In this document: positions 23,012-36,100 of the stretch, in pieces
Position numbering within the stretch: the first letter of the stretch is position 1
How the letters are laid out: the number at the start of each line of letters is the position of its first letter
Source of the DNA: Podarcis gaigeae
Taxonomy: Eukaryota
Length of the DNA: 64,000 nt
Reading direction: 5' to 3' (one strand)
Assembly (NCBI GenBank): GCA_964106915.2
Contig: OZ066926.1
Made by a program: the position numbers and the translations under genes
Notes under the pieces: generated by a model
What the model was told of the DNA's origin: nothing
Databases searched by the model: none
The model's input: the letters and a program-made list of their open reading frames with translations, nothing else

Positions 23012-24712
23012 ATGGTCACCTGCTCCCTGCTGGGCTCCCTGCGTGTCTGCCTGGAGCGACACCCACCTCTGGTCACCTTCTTCTTTTGCCTCCTTTCGTT
23101 GGCTGTTGCCTTTGTTGGTTTTGCTGCCTACATCCAGTCACATGATGTTCAGAATCCCGATGTCAAAGAGGTGAGCTAGAGATGATCACCTTAAGTAGAA
23201 AATCAGACCAAAATGCTGGGGGTGGAATTGGGTTGTGGTTGTAAAGCACGCATGAGAGACTTTAGGAGGCATGTTAGGAGGTAGAGGCAGACTTGTGTGA
23301 TTTATCTTTTGGCAATTGTTTTTATTTATTACCATTTTCTAACAGACTTGAGAGATTTACCCAAATTTGAACAGCTGCATTGATTTGCTCTCAAAAATAG
23401 TGTTGCCTGTGTTGGCTGCTGTTATCATACCATAATGACCCAAGCTAAACATTCATGAATTACAGAGGGTTGGGTGTTGTTGGTTTTTACAAATACGCTA
23501 TAAGAAACTGTCATTGAAAAAATAGTCCTGAATGGATACTATCACAAGAAGTGGGGAGCAAAAGAATAGGATATTCAACAGTACAAAATTTTAAATTAGT
23601 AGGTGCAGCTATATCTGAAATATTCAACGATCCGGCTGTTCTGAGATGTTTTATGGTACTTTTAAAATACAGTTCCCATCTTTCAATTTTCTAGCTGTTA
23701 AGAGCAAAAGGGAATTTTTAGAGGCAAGATTGGGTGAAATTGGAAAGGTACTTTAAAAGGCAGAAGCAAATGAAAAAAATGCAATCAAGAGAATAGAATC
23801 AACTAAGAGTCAATTCTCATTCCTTTCCCTCCCTCATCTCTAAGGACTGGAATTCTCTGCTAAAGTCTCTGGCACACTTAATGTTCTGTATCCCAAATAA
23901 GACGCAGGAAAGTGCCTTGACACCAGCTCCTTCCACAACCACTGCTGAGACCCCTACAACAGTCTCTGTCATGGTTGGCTTGACCTTTGACCTCCACAAT
24001 GGCACAGATCCTCCCAATGGTACACGTCTAGGTCTGACAGTCACTGGGGAAAAACTGGGTCTCAAAGGTGAGTGATTTCTCACTCCTGACCAATTGCAAC
24101 ATCCTCCCAAAGATTTCAGAAACTCTGGTTCCGTGTCCGTCTCCCCTTGACCTTTCCTTCCATCAACTTCCAACCACAGGTCCAGATGCCCAGGAATCAA
24201 TCCACTTCCTGACTATCATCACGAACTCAGTCTCCCATGAGAACTGCCTTAGCATCACTGCACCTTCATCCCTTCTCCCCAAGACCAGGTGAGCCAAGAG
24301 ATTTAGTTTCAAGGAGTTCTTAACCCATTAATGCAATACTCCCATCTTGTCCCCAGACAACCACCTAAATGTGTGATAGAGGAATGGGACATGCACCAAG
24401 AAGAGACAGGAATTTGTTACCAGCCACATTACCAGGCTAATCCTGCCCTGTCCAGCATGCTGGATCAGGTAAGATGAATGTGGGCAGTGACAGTATCTGG
24501 ACCTGGGGATTCTGGGCTTCTTCAGGATGCAAGCTGGATTATAAGGGGAGGAGCATTCACTGTTGCACTCCTTTCACTCTCAGGCGGATCGTGCCCTCTG
24601 CAGCCAGCGGCTCCTGATGACCAGTGCTTTCCTTCTCTGCCTCTGTGCCATGCTATGTTGTGCAGCTGGCCTGTGCTATCCTAACCCCAGAGACAAGTGG
24701 GGGCAAATCTAA
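23012..24712 (+). CDS. TMEM219: Transmembrane protein 219 (IGFBP-3 receptor), 243 aa, 5 coding exons
   Basis: Exons 23012-23170 (acceptor 23003, accATGg; MVTCSLLGSLRVCLERHPPLVTFFFCLLSLAVAFVGF..NPDVKE), 23845-24067 (DWNSLLKSLAHLMFC), 24180-24288, 24357-24468, 24584-24712 (DRALCSQRLLMTSAFLLCLCAMLCC..TAA). GT-AG introns, phases consistent, two TM segments, AATAAA 24861. Lies upstream of TAOK2 on the same strand as in mammals. Confidence 0.92.
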
Positions 24713-26247
24713 GCGGGTCCAGCAAATGCCGGACCTATATTGCAGCGAAGCCAGGTAGCCTGCTCATTTGCCCTGCTTTCTCCAAGTACCTGGATCATGC
24801 AACGATACCATTTTTCAGATCTGAAATTAGCCCATGTACTGTTGTGACAGCTGAGCTGTGAATAAAAGTTTATCTTGGTTAACTGTGGGGTGACTGTATG
24901 AACCCCTATGAGAGCGGATGGTGCAATAAATAACATACAAATGATAGGAGTATTTGGTTTTTGTATTGTAAGTGGCTGTACCAGTGACACAAATTGAATC
25001 ATGTAATATTTCTCAGGTAGTTACTGGAGGAGCTTCAGATGTGGTTGAGTAGGTTAATGACTACCGTAACATTATTCTAAATGGGATTACCATGCCTTTG
25101 CCAGTAAATATTCTGTTAGAATTAGGAGCTTTGGCTACAGATTAACATAATTTCATTTTTTAAAAAAATGAATTAAAATTAAAAAACCAGTATATAACAT
25201 AGTATCACTGATCAGTGGAGTCAGGGAATGTGTTCATAAGAAACCCAATGTTATTTCTTGCTGGTTTGCTTGTTTATTGCTTGTGTTTTATGTATTTATT
25301 TTCCACTTTTTAATCAAAAGATGCACAAAACACCTTACAACATTTTTTTAAATGATAAAGTTAGATAGGACTCTATGACAAAGCTTACCAGAACCATAAT
25401 AAAAGCAGTTTAAAATCAACAGTCAGATTGAAAGCAGAGAACAGTAATTAGAATAGAAATATTAAAAACTCAGTGGAGTCTTCTACGACTGCTTGAAGGA
25501 GAAAAGGAAAGCAGCCCAGCAGATCTCAACAGGAAGGCCATTCCACCATTATGGGATAACCACTGAAGTTTTATCTCAAATACCCACCCAAGGTTCAAGA
25601 GCAGAGCATCTGAAGTTGACATATAGCCTACCCCATCCCAAAGACTTTACCTTATCTCTGTCCCATCAAGACCGTTTTGATAAATACATCTTACGTCAAA
25701 AGTTCGGAAGATTCACAGGCAAGGACTTTGGTGAGTCAGGGTTAGAGGGAGAAGATCCTTGTTTATAAGCACCTCCCTAATGTAAGGTGGAGGAGGGTCT
25801 GAAATGTGTGCAATTTTGCATCCTACTTCCTAACTGGAGCTGGCTTACAGGCCTCATTCCTTTGAGCCTGAAACATTCAGTGATCATTGCACAGCGACGC
25901 TAGCGGAGTGCTGGGTACGCCTTAACTCTTTACATGAGTCACCCACTGGAAAGGAAGGGATCTTCCAGGGCATTCCTTTGACAGTAATGACAGTAATCTT
26001 TCATTAATATTAAAGGGATCACGAGATGCCATCCTTTTGTACATAAAATCACAATTTTCATATCACTGATTCCAATTTATGGGTTACTGATAGGTAATTC
26101 AACCCAGGTTTCAAGGACCCAGACCCTCCCGTCTCTAGCCCTCTTTTTCCAACTCCATGACCCTACCATCCATTGCTTCCTCAGGCCACAGCTTGTCAGG
26201 CCACTGCCTACTTTGTTCCCCTTCCTTTCTCTACCATGTTTCTAGAT

Positions 26248-26547
26248 CAGGGGTTCCCAAACTGCACTTAACGGGACACACACACACACACACTTCATTC
26301 AGGTGATCCATGACATGATCTGTGGCTACTGAAGACAAGAGATGGCATATCCATTGCATAAATACTCATACTGATTTTAATTGTATTTCTTCTGTATTGT
26401 ATTATATTGTTTTACAGTTTGAATTCTATAAAATTGTAATGCACAGTGTATTACAGTTACTAAACAGGCAGAAAAACCATTAAGTGGTTCACCAAGATGC
26501 TAAGCAGTTTTCAAGTGGACCACGGATGTGAAGTTTGGAAACCACTG
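26248..26547. mobile_element. hAT-Charlie-type MITE, 300 bp
   Basis: TIR CAGGGGTTCCCAAACT / AGTTTGGAAACCACTG; perfect 8-bp TSD TTCTAGAT (Charlie NTCTAGAN preference); internal (CA)n. Confidence 0.9.
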
Positions 26548-27299
26548 TTCTAGATCACTCTTCCTATTTCTCCTTCCATCTGCCACATAAAATTCTACTC
26601 GTCTTAAATGCTTTGAAATTCCTTTTGAGATGTAATTTATCCTTGTTGCCCTTTCAGGTCTCAATTCCCTCTTTCTTACCCTACCTCCAGGTTCCTCCTC
26701 CTCCTTTTTCTTATTTATTAAATCAACTAGTTACTTTTTTGCTATGGGAACGCAAAGTGACTTACAATATTTTAATCAAAAAACAAATACATGGTGTTAT
26801 AATCTTTTTTTTGGGGGGGGGGGTTCCCCAGAGAAGGAGGAGGAAGTAAGGCTGCGATCCATCTTGGAGAGGGAGACGAAAGGGTCTCCTGCACTGCTGT
26901 GGACCATGCTGTAAGATCTGGACTCCCCTCATGCAGACTGAAAGGTGTAAATAGGCAAATAAACCCTATTTCTTAAAACAGTCTCCAATGTGTCTTCTAT
27001 TCTCCAAAGGGAGACAGACCCTGTGTGTGTGCCTTTGGCTCTGAGGGCAGGCACCGGGCTATTGTAACAATACAAATCTGTATTTTTTAAAAAAATCTGA
27101 GTTAAAAGAAGCAGCCACTTTCTCCACTCTGCCCCTTCATTCAGCTTCCTTGCCTTGGGGCTCCCTGTCCATTAGCTTCTCTACCTCCTCTCTGGGCCAT
27201 CACAATATTCAACCATTCCCCTGAGATGTTTTAATGAACACCAACCAACCAACCCTCTTTTCCTCACAGAAGGTGGACCACGATCTGCTCTGAAGTGTC

Positions 27300-28900
27300 C
27301 CAGCCAATGCACCAGCCCAGCCAATCTGTGTCCGATACGTCACCGGGCTCAACAATGTACAGGCTGTGCTGCATTAGCATCCGCGGAGTCAACAAGCGAG
27401 GCCAAATCACGTGACACTGTGGGGAGGGGGTTGTTCCGAAGCAGGTAGAGCCTTTCGATTTTTTGGGAGTGTTTCTATTTTGCCGCCTTTTCATTTTTGC
27501 TTGGTTTTGAGGGTTTAAAATTTACGGCGAAAAGGGCGTACGATTTATTCCGCCGCCGCCGCCCCCTTGAGAAAGGGCGGTTATAGCTCGCCTTCGTCCC
27601 AACTGCGCAGGTGCCAAGGTGCTGCTGTTCCCATATAAGGCGAGGGAAAGGTCACACTAGGGAGACCGCGCGGCACCTGAACATTCCGTCGAGTGAGGGG
27701 AGCCTGACCCCGCCCTCCTCCAGAGTGGTTCGGGCGAGTGGCCGCGCGCTCGTGACGCTTTAACGGTCGCCAAAGCGTCCTTTATTCCTCCCCCTCCCCT
27801 TCAACAGCTGGCGTCCCTTCGCCCGTTTCCTATGCGCGCGCGCGCCTGTTTTTTCGGAATCCTGCCCCAGTAACAGCTGAGCGCTAGAAGCTCCGCCCCC
27901 AACAACGCCAACCTACCAATCACATTCCGCCTCCACCGTATGTCCCAATCAAAACTGGCTGGAGGGCTTGTGCCGTCCCAATCTGACTCCTTTCATTGAA
28001 CAGCTCTTTCCCCTATCAGCCAACCAGGGCGCCGACCTCCTTGTTTGCCCTCGCCCTTCCCGAAGCCCCGCCTCCTCCAAGCCCGCCGCGGCTTCCTCGC
28101 CCCTAGGCCCGGTTCCAGACATCCGCCCGCACTCTTTTCGTATTGTCGAGGGAAGCCACGGTCCCGCCCATCGACGCCGCAGCAACCCAATGAACGCAGC
28201 GCCCTCGCGAGCGACTCGGCTCGCTCGCTCGCACCCTTTATATTAGTGTACATGCGCTTTGTCTCATTCAGCAACACCTTGTTTCATCACAGCTCATGCT
28301 CGGTTAACTCTCTCTCTCTCCAGAACGCCCTTACCAAGGCGCAAGTCGTACGCTACGTCTCTGCTCCGCTCTACGCATGCGGCCGTTCCTTGGCTTCGGA
28401 AAGGCGTTCGGCGCGTGTCCAGTCCGCGGCGCATGCGGCTTTCTCCCGGCTCCCTCCCACGGCTCACTGCGCGTGCGCCCTCTCCTCCGCCGCGCGCCGC
28501 CTATGCGCATGCGCCCGGGCTTCTCTCTGCCTTGGTTCCGGTCTGGCTCCTGCCTTGGGCGCCATCTTGGATTTGGGGACAACTGGAGTGAGTGAGTGAG
28601 TGAGAAGGCAGAGGAGCCCGAGGAGGCGAGAGAGGGGAGGGGGGGCCGGATAGCGCCAGGCCCCCCATCCCCACAGTACTCCACATCACCGACCCCACCC
28701 TCTGCCGTAGAGAGGTAGCCCCTCCCTTCCCCCGGCCCCCCGCCCCGCAGGGCTCCTTGGACGTTGGAGGATTTCTGGGGCTCCTGGAGGACCAGTCCGC
28801 CCACCCCGCCCCGGCCCCTCCTGACCCCCCGCCCCAGTTTCCCCGTGAGGGCGGTGGCACGTTCCGCTTCGGAGGTGCAAGCCTGAGTCCCCTCCGCATC
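27300..28900 (+). promoter_or_regulatory. TAOK2 CpG-island promoter
   Basis: CpG-dense. TCACGTGAC 27407; CArG CCATATAAGG 27631; CCAAT boxes ~27304, 27321, 27916, 27945, 27978, 28187; NRF1 GCGCATGCG ~28429 and ~28505; YY1 GCCATCTT 28561. Confidence 0.85.
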
Positions 28901-29445
28901 CATTACCTGTGGGTCCTTTATAGCTCACCCCACCTGAAATATATGGCAGGGGCTGCAACGTCCCACTTAGCCCGCGTCTTCCATCCCTTAATAGGCTTCC
29001 CAAAGAGTCGTCTGTCGGTAGGGCCTCTTGTCTGATAGAGATTTCCCCTCCTCTAAATTGGGATATTCTCTCCTCCCTCCCCCCCCCCACCGCCCTGAAG
29101 AGTCTCCATAGAATTGGGTCTGCTGGGAGACTCCTCATTCACCTTTTCAAAGGGATGCCCCCCATCCTTCCCCTTTAAGTAGAGCCCCCTGCACGTCTTC
29201 GCTTCTGCGGATCCTTTCTTCCCTAGCCAAGCCAGAGAGAGGGAGATACTCTAGGTGCCCTATGTCTCCTACGCAGAGGCCTCGCTCGTCCAGGGGAGCC
29301 AGTGACAGTTCCCTCTAAACCCTCTTCCTTGATTGGAGGAGTTGGGGAAGAGGAGGAGGAGGTCGGGGGTGTACTCCCCACCCCCAATATCCTGGAGCTG
29401 GAGCCGCAAGGGGAACAGTATCAAGGCAGCTGCCGAGACTTACAG
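28530..29445 (+). other. TAOK2: Probable long non-coding exon 1 of TAOK2 (start approximate)
   Basis: Runs from the YY1/NRF1 region to the donor TTACAG|GTGAGA at 29445/29446. The first coding exon acceptor at 38983 has only 41 nt of UTR before the ATG. Confidence 0.45.
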
Positions 29446-32400
29446 GTGAGACCTGAACGTACTGATACAGGGGAGAGGTGAAGGGATGTGTGTTTTGGTG
29501 GTGGTGATGGGGAGGCTGGGAAGATAACAGAAGGTGAACGTTTGCAGAACAAAGAGGTTGTATGCACCAATTTTGTGGAAATCCGATTTTCTTTCTGTCT
29601 GCTTCCCCTGCCTTCCCCCAACAATCATCCCTCCTATGTTGAGAAGCACACGCCCTCCCACCCCACCCCAACTCATTTTCTTCTAAAGGCTTAATGAAGG
29701 AGTAGCAACTTGCAGCTTTCCCCTGCCACATCTGGGCCCCACTTCTCTCTTCTGAAGAAGCCAGGAGTTCTGTTCACCAGAACATGGATCCTGGGTTTCC
29801 ATTCTGCCACCTCAAATCCTTGTCTTCTTTTTATTGAGAATAAAAGCTGACACCACCACCCCCATCCCTCCCAAAAACCTCCTTTGCAACCTAGCAATTG
29901 CATCTCACTATGACTGCTAGACTCATTTCTTGACTATGCAACTAAAAGCCCCTGGCTCCTAGTCCTGTTCCTCTCCATTAGGTCTTGTTCAGCTTTTAAG
30001 AAAACCTAGAGGCCTGTTGTTATGCCCTTAAATATTTGATGACAAGGTTGGGGGTGTAGGTGTTATCAAGGTAGGTTAACATGATGGACTACTGTTGGCT
30101 TCCCTAGGAATCATCATTCAGGCTGAAACTTTGTTGTAAATATTGAGCATGCAACCAGGAGTGAATTTTGGGGAAATGGGATGATTGCCCTTGGCTTGTG
30201 GTCTGGGGTTGGATTTTAACGTAGCACGCTACCAAAAGTTTTGTATGTGTGTTTATAATGGGTTAGGAGGAAGACATGGTGAAACTGTATTTGGTTGCAG
30301 GGGTGCTTCACACAGATACTGCAGAGTAATGAGGTTTAACATGACCACTTGGAAGGAAAGAGGATGAATGGCTTGTCCTAAATGCTGGATGGTGTTCAAT
30401 TTGACATCCTTTTAAGCTACAGGGACCACTTCCCACTGGTCCTGCTCTTTTTGTATTCTGAGGGGCAACCAGAAAAAGATTTAATGTCAATATAACATTG
30501 TACAAAAAATATCAATTCTGTTAGTATGCAGGAGTTTCACATTTAATTCAGAGTTTTAGGTAAATTGAGCATTATTTAGTACTTGGTGATGTGAAGGTGC
30601 TGTTAGGAGGCAGTATCTATAAACAGTGGGGTATAAGAAAACCAGTAGTGTGTTCCTTGAGCAATGGCAGTTGTCTGTTTCTCTCCCCCCACCCCCGCCC
30701 ACCCTGTGGACCAGGATTGTTTTCAGATATCTCTCTAGAAACATGGGGGCTAGTACCTTTAAAGAAGAGGTCTTCAGCAGTCTAGATTTCTGTGCATGTC
30801 TTGTCTCAGAAGATCAATTAATGAATGATGGCATGTCTATCAAGCCCATTAACACAAAGCACACAAGTTTCAAGACCTCCACTTTCATGGATTGTATTAC
30901 TGCTTGACTTGGGTCAAAAAATGGGAGTTGGGAATATTTACCACCTCAAGGGACTGCACATTTCTCTGGGACATACCAGTTCAAGGTAGGAATTTAAAAT
31001 GAATCTGAGAATAAGGGGTGTTTCTTGTTGTGTGCATCCAACAATTTTCATTGTAGCTTGAACATCATTCCAGAAGGTTTCAGGAAAGGCTTTGTGTGGC
31101 ATGCCTCTATCAAGGATGAGTAAGAGTCCTTGAGAGCTATGTTGCTTTTGGGGCTCCTCCATCCGCTGTCCTTATAGGCAGTAGTTTTATCATGCAAGAT
31201 GGGGCCCAGTATCTACTTGGTTGCTTTTTGACAAAGCTTTTCCTGTGATATTTTTTTGAAGGCTCTTTCTGAAGTGCTTGGCCACCGAGATAATGGGATA
31301 AATTGCTTTTCTTTTGTTGACAGGAGCTCCTCAGACTTTTAACCCAGCTGATTCTCTCTTGTGACAAGTAACACTCTTATTTTGTCTGTTTAGTTGGGTA
31401 CAGCCTTGCAAATGAATCCCCCAAAGTTACTAATCTGTCCACATATGCTTATTCAATCATTTCAATTATATCAAGAGCCCAAAAGAAAGGAAAAGAACCA
31501 ACACTTTTTCCAGTTTCTCTGACTTACAGCACAGTTCTGTGACAAGTTGGAAACATGTCCTATTGAGTTCAATGGGGCTTATTCCCATGTGAGTGAGGTT
31601 AGAATTGCAGCCCCATTCCCCTAATACACATGTCCATTTAAAACCCTGGTTCTGCCCCTGTTGCTACAAAGAGCATGACTTCTCAATGAGCATTTAGGAT
31701 TTTTCCTTTGCTGGATTTCCCCCACCTATGTTCTTGATTATAATACACTACTTACTTCCAGTAATCTAAAACAGAATCATGAGCCTCCTTTCAGCTGGAC
31801 ATGTCGTCATGAGAGAAGTTTTATCCTGGAATATTCAGATTTTTTTAAAAAAAAAGATGACTATGATGGTGTAACAAAAGTGTTGCTTTGAGCCAAAGGA
31901 CTGCAAACAAGCCAACCCAGACCAAGAATAAAAGCATCCTACCCCTCTTGCCCAGGCGCTACTTAGGGGAGGTGGAGTTGTTTCTATATTTGTGGCTGCT
32001 GATTCTGTGTTAAGAGGCTGCCTCTTTTTGCACATCTCACCACGATGTGACATAAAATAATAATTGGTAACACTCTTTGGTCAGATAAATTTAACAGCCC
32101 AAAGTTTCTAACTTTGATCTTGTCCTTTGTCAGAGAATACGTTGTTAAGAGCTGGCAAGCAGAGGAATGAATGAGAGTTCCAGTATAATGTCTGAAAGGA
32201 CACATGTAGAAGCTTGAGATACGATTAGAACTTCTCTCTTTCACACACGCACATCCCACCTCCTCGACACATACAAAAGTTCCCCTTTAGACATTATGGA
32301 GGACTTGCGAAAAGTGGAAGTGCTTTCTATAACATCCTACACTAGTCTTGTTTTCTGCCTTTAGTTTTCAGTTGAATCTGGTTTGGTGAGAGTCTGTCAT

Positions 32401-33059
32401 ATATACATCTCATGACTACAGGCTTAACATATGTGACAGGGTATGCAAAACTAAATCGCCTCACTAGTCTGGACGAATGCAATATTTTCTTTCGGCCGGC
32501 GAAGGGCATTTGTTAAGGTAACTGAACTCCTTCCAATTCTTTCTTAAAATAGTTTTCTAATGGTTGCAGCAAAATCTCTGGAAATGACTGCATTGTGTTC
32601 TCAAAGCATTATTTTCTGTCATGCTGTTGTAGTAGAATACAACCCCTAGGGCTTGCTTCTGAGTTACCCACAGGTTACTCAGTAAGCCCTGTATTCTTCC
32701 AGCACAGAAGGAATTGGTAGTGCGGGGGAGAAGACCCCCTGGAATGAAAGCATCCTAGACTCTGAAAGGAAAGAGGCCAGGACAGGGTATTTCAGAATAT
32801 TTAGGAAAGAGACTTTAAGGCCGGAGTCCATTTACCTGGAGTAAGTCCCATTGAATTCAGAAGGGCTTAGATCTAAGTAGGCGTGTAGGATGGCACTGTA
32901 TGATTTGTAACCCTGTATAGTTAATTGAGATGAACCCCATTGAGCACTGTAGGAGTTGCTTCTGAGTAAACAGTCAAAGGATTGTGCTGCCTGGGAAGGA
33001 AGGACTAGGAAGCATAACAGAACAGAGATGTGCTTCTGTGGACCCAGGATGCTGTAGCT

Positions 33060-33125
33060 TTGCTGAAGCTAAGCAGGTCTGGGCCTGGTTAGTTCCTGGA
33101 TGGCAAGAGTGCCTGGGAACTTGAG
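33060..33125 (+). mobile_element. 5S rRNA-derived (SINE3-like) head fragment; not a functional 5S gene
   Basis: GAAGCTAAGCAGGTCTGGGCCTGGTTAGTTCCTGGATGG..GCCTGGGAA matches the 5S internal control region with several substitutions; the 5' part of 5S is absent. Confidence 0.6.
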
Positions 33126-36100
33126 TTCCATGATGGAAAAAAGACATATACATCTATTTAATATAGAAATTGCTGCCATAATTTTTAATAAGCATTTTAT
33201 AATCCTTGTAGCTGCAGTGCAAAGCCAGCAAATATGAAGAGGGCAGCAACAGGTGAAGGGGCAGCTCTTCTGCTGTTTTGTGGCTGGATCTTTAATGCGT
33301 TTCCTAGGTTTCTATCAAGAGGGTATCCAGATGGGCGACGTGTGAATATTTTGGAGGCTTAAGTAAGGCGAAGGGATCAGAAGCCCTTTGTGGAGGTGCA
33401 GCGGCCTCCCTTGAGTAAGTTCAACAAACTGGACCAGAGTCTGTCCTTTCTTGCCCATTGGTGGTATTTGGCACAAGGTGCTGTCTAAAAGCATTTACTG
33501 GGCCAGTGAAGAAAGAAAGAAAACCCACAACTTGCTTCTCTGCCACTACCACAAAGGACAGTGGCTAACATTTGGAGATTGGGAGCAGACCAGACATTGT
33601 GGCTTCCAGTGTTGCAGGCAGGTGATCTTTAGGCCTCTTGATTTTGGGTGTGTGGAAAGATCCACACGTGCCACAACTGTGGCATTATCCTGCTTTCAAA
33701 TACTTAAAGCCCACCTGTGGGTATTGAATAATTCTGCCCCCTTCCTCTATAGGTTCAGATGGCTCTTCCTTGCTCCATATCCCCACCACTGATGATGTTT
33801 TGCATTAGGGAGAACCTGATGGAGTTTATGTGTTCTTCACTTTTCAGTGGGACTTCAGCAGCCTAATGCTACCGTCTCCTAGTGTATCTGTTTTCACCTG
33901 CGATTTAATGACTTTATGTTTGTGGAAAATCTGCCTTAGGATTTTACATTTCACTGTTGGCAAGTGTCTGCAGTCATAAGTTACCTAGCTTTAATTGCCA
34001 AGTTAGGCCTGAGGCCTCATGACCACTTCTCTTAAGACTTTCTCCTAACCAGCTTTCACTGTATATAGTTTCACTGATTAAACCCAGAATAATCAGGCTG
34101 TTCTTTTAGTTCTTCTGTTTTCTTTACTCTCTGTATCTTAAAGAATGCAGTGTAAACAGCTCAATGCTTGATATATTTCAGGTGGTAAAATAGAGTAGAG
34201 GCAACCTCACCAATTTTGGCTTTCCAAGCACACATAACAATCATATACTAGGTAATGCATTTTTGTTCCTTTTTCCTGCACAGTTGAGCCCATCATTGTC
34301 AACCTACTTAGCATGTTGGCATCCCCAGCTAAATAAATAAGCTGGTCGCTACTCCCTGTCAGAAATCTGGTACCCCTCTTTGCCATCCAGGCATATGAGG
34401 TGCATTTTCTTCAGGAGAACCTCAAGTTACATCCTCAGTTTGTGAAAATAAACAGAAGAATTCAGGATCAGTATCTCCAGTTCTCTAAATTGTAGGAGCT
34501 GGAAAGACATTAAAGTCAAGGGTCCATCTCCCAGACTTTGGATAGACACTTAATTTTTTACAATATGTCCGTCCACCCACCCTTGGCAAATGTCATTCTG
34601 GGTAGTGTGTTCTGCAAGCTGATTGTTGAAACTGGCAGCAGGTCCTGTGTCAGAGCTTCCTGACTAATTTTCATAACTCACTGTAGCTGGATTGAGCAAG
34701 TGAGCCAAAGCACATGCTATAGAAAAAGCAAGGTGTATTGTTTGTCCTGGGTGGTTAACTCCTTTCCAAATGTGCTTATCAGCAGGGATGAGGGACCTTT
34801 TTTTAGCCCAATGGTTGCTTTCCTTTCTAGGCAGCCTTCTGAGGGTAACATGCTGGTGGTGCACAGGGATGGAGGCAAAAGTGGGCAGAGCGACCTTTGA
34901 ACAGTAGGTTAGTTTCTATGAAAAACTTACACTCCCCTTTCTCTTTCTGCCATCCAGGCAAGCAAGAGGCATTATCAGAGTTCAAAGACACCTTCCAGCC
35001 AGGCAGAAACACAGGCAGTCAAGCAGGGCCAGTGAGAGCAGTTGCCTGGGGAGAGGGGAATGCCTGGGGAAAGTTCTGAGGGCCAGATAGAGGGGCCTGA
35101 GGTTCCCCACCCCTGTGTTACACTCTGCAGTTGAGAAGAAATCCTTAAGCCGTGCCTTCAGGAGTGCTCTTAACCCTCTAGCACAGGTCCTTTTTAATAG
35201 TTATATTACAGTAGATTATTAAAGATTATATATTCTTTTTGTGTTTATTGGAAGTGTTTTGTGCATTGATGGTAAGTGCCATAAGAACTCCTGGAAAAGT
35301 GGCATAGAAGTATGCTGGCAAATGGTAACTGCTGCTTTCTTTATCTAATTGCAGCCTCCCAAAGCTTCAGCAGAAGCAGCAAAATCTTGCATGACTCTTA
35401 AGAGTCACAGGCCTATAAACTGGTTCCACTTTTAGTCTGCACATCTTGGGTCAAATGTGACATCCAGACCTGCTGGTGATGACCTGAAAGCAGGTCTACT
35501 GTTCCATGTTGGGTGAGAGCCTGATCTACTTTTGCTCTCCATTTTGCAGACGATACAGCTTACGCTGCAGGGGGCATTTCTTTCTGTGTAAGGAGTAGCC
35601 CTAGATGACTTCTCTGAATTCATTGTATAACCTTTTCCATTGACTTTAACCTGGAACCTCAAAACCAAACCTGAGAGGTTAAATTCTGTGCGCTGCTTAG
35701 TGAAGTGAGGTACAGCAGAAGGATGCCTTCCCACCCGCATTACTGCTGCCAGGCTGGCCTTGTGATTTGCCTTTTTGCTTTGGATTGTTCCCTGGGAAGC
35801 AACTGAACAATGCAAGGATTTCCTCTCGCTGACATGGCCTGCCTGCAGGCCCTTGATTTCCTTGTTTTTCTGTTCATTGGGTGGAGGAGGGGAATTGGTT
35901 CGATGAGCTCTGCCCATCCCAGAAGGTGAAGAGGTACCCCAAGAAACTTGTTTTGGCAAACGGAGTTTAGATGCAGGTTGGTGCCCCTCAAAAGGCAAAG
36001 GCCATGGGCTTTGTTTTTCTAATATTCATCTAGCCAGCCTGGCCTGACCCATTCCCATAGGCAAAGACTCCAGGGGGTTACATCCAGCTGACTAATGTCA

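Noticed and set aside
23817-24200. 127-aa minus-strand ORF
   Set aside because: Antisense shadow of TMEM219 exons.
27949-29138. Several 130-190-aa ORFs (also 3594-4178)
   Set aside because: Low-complexity CpG-island frames with no recognisable homology.
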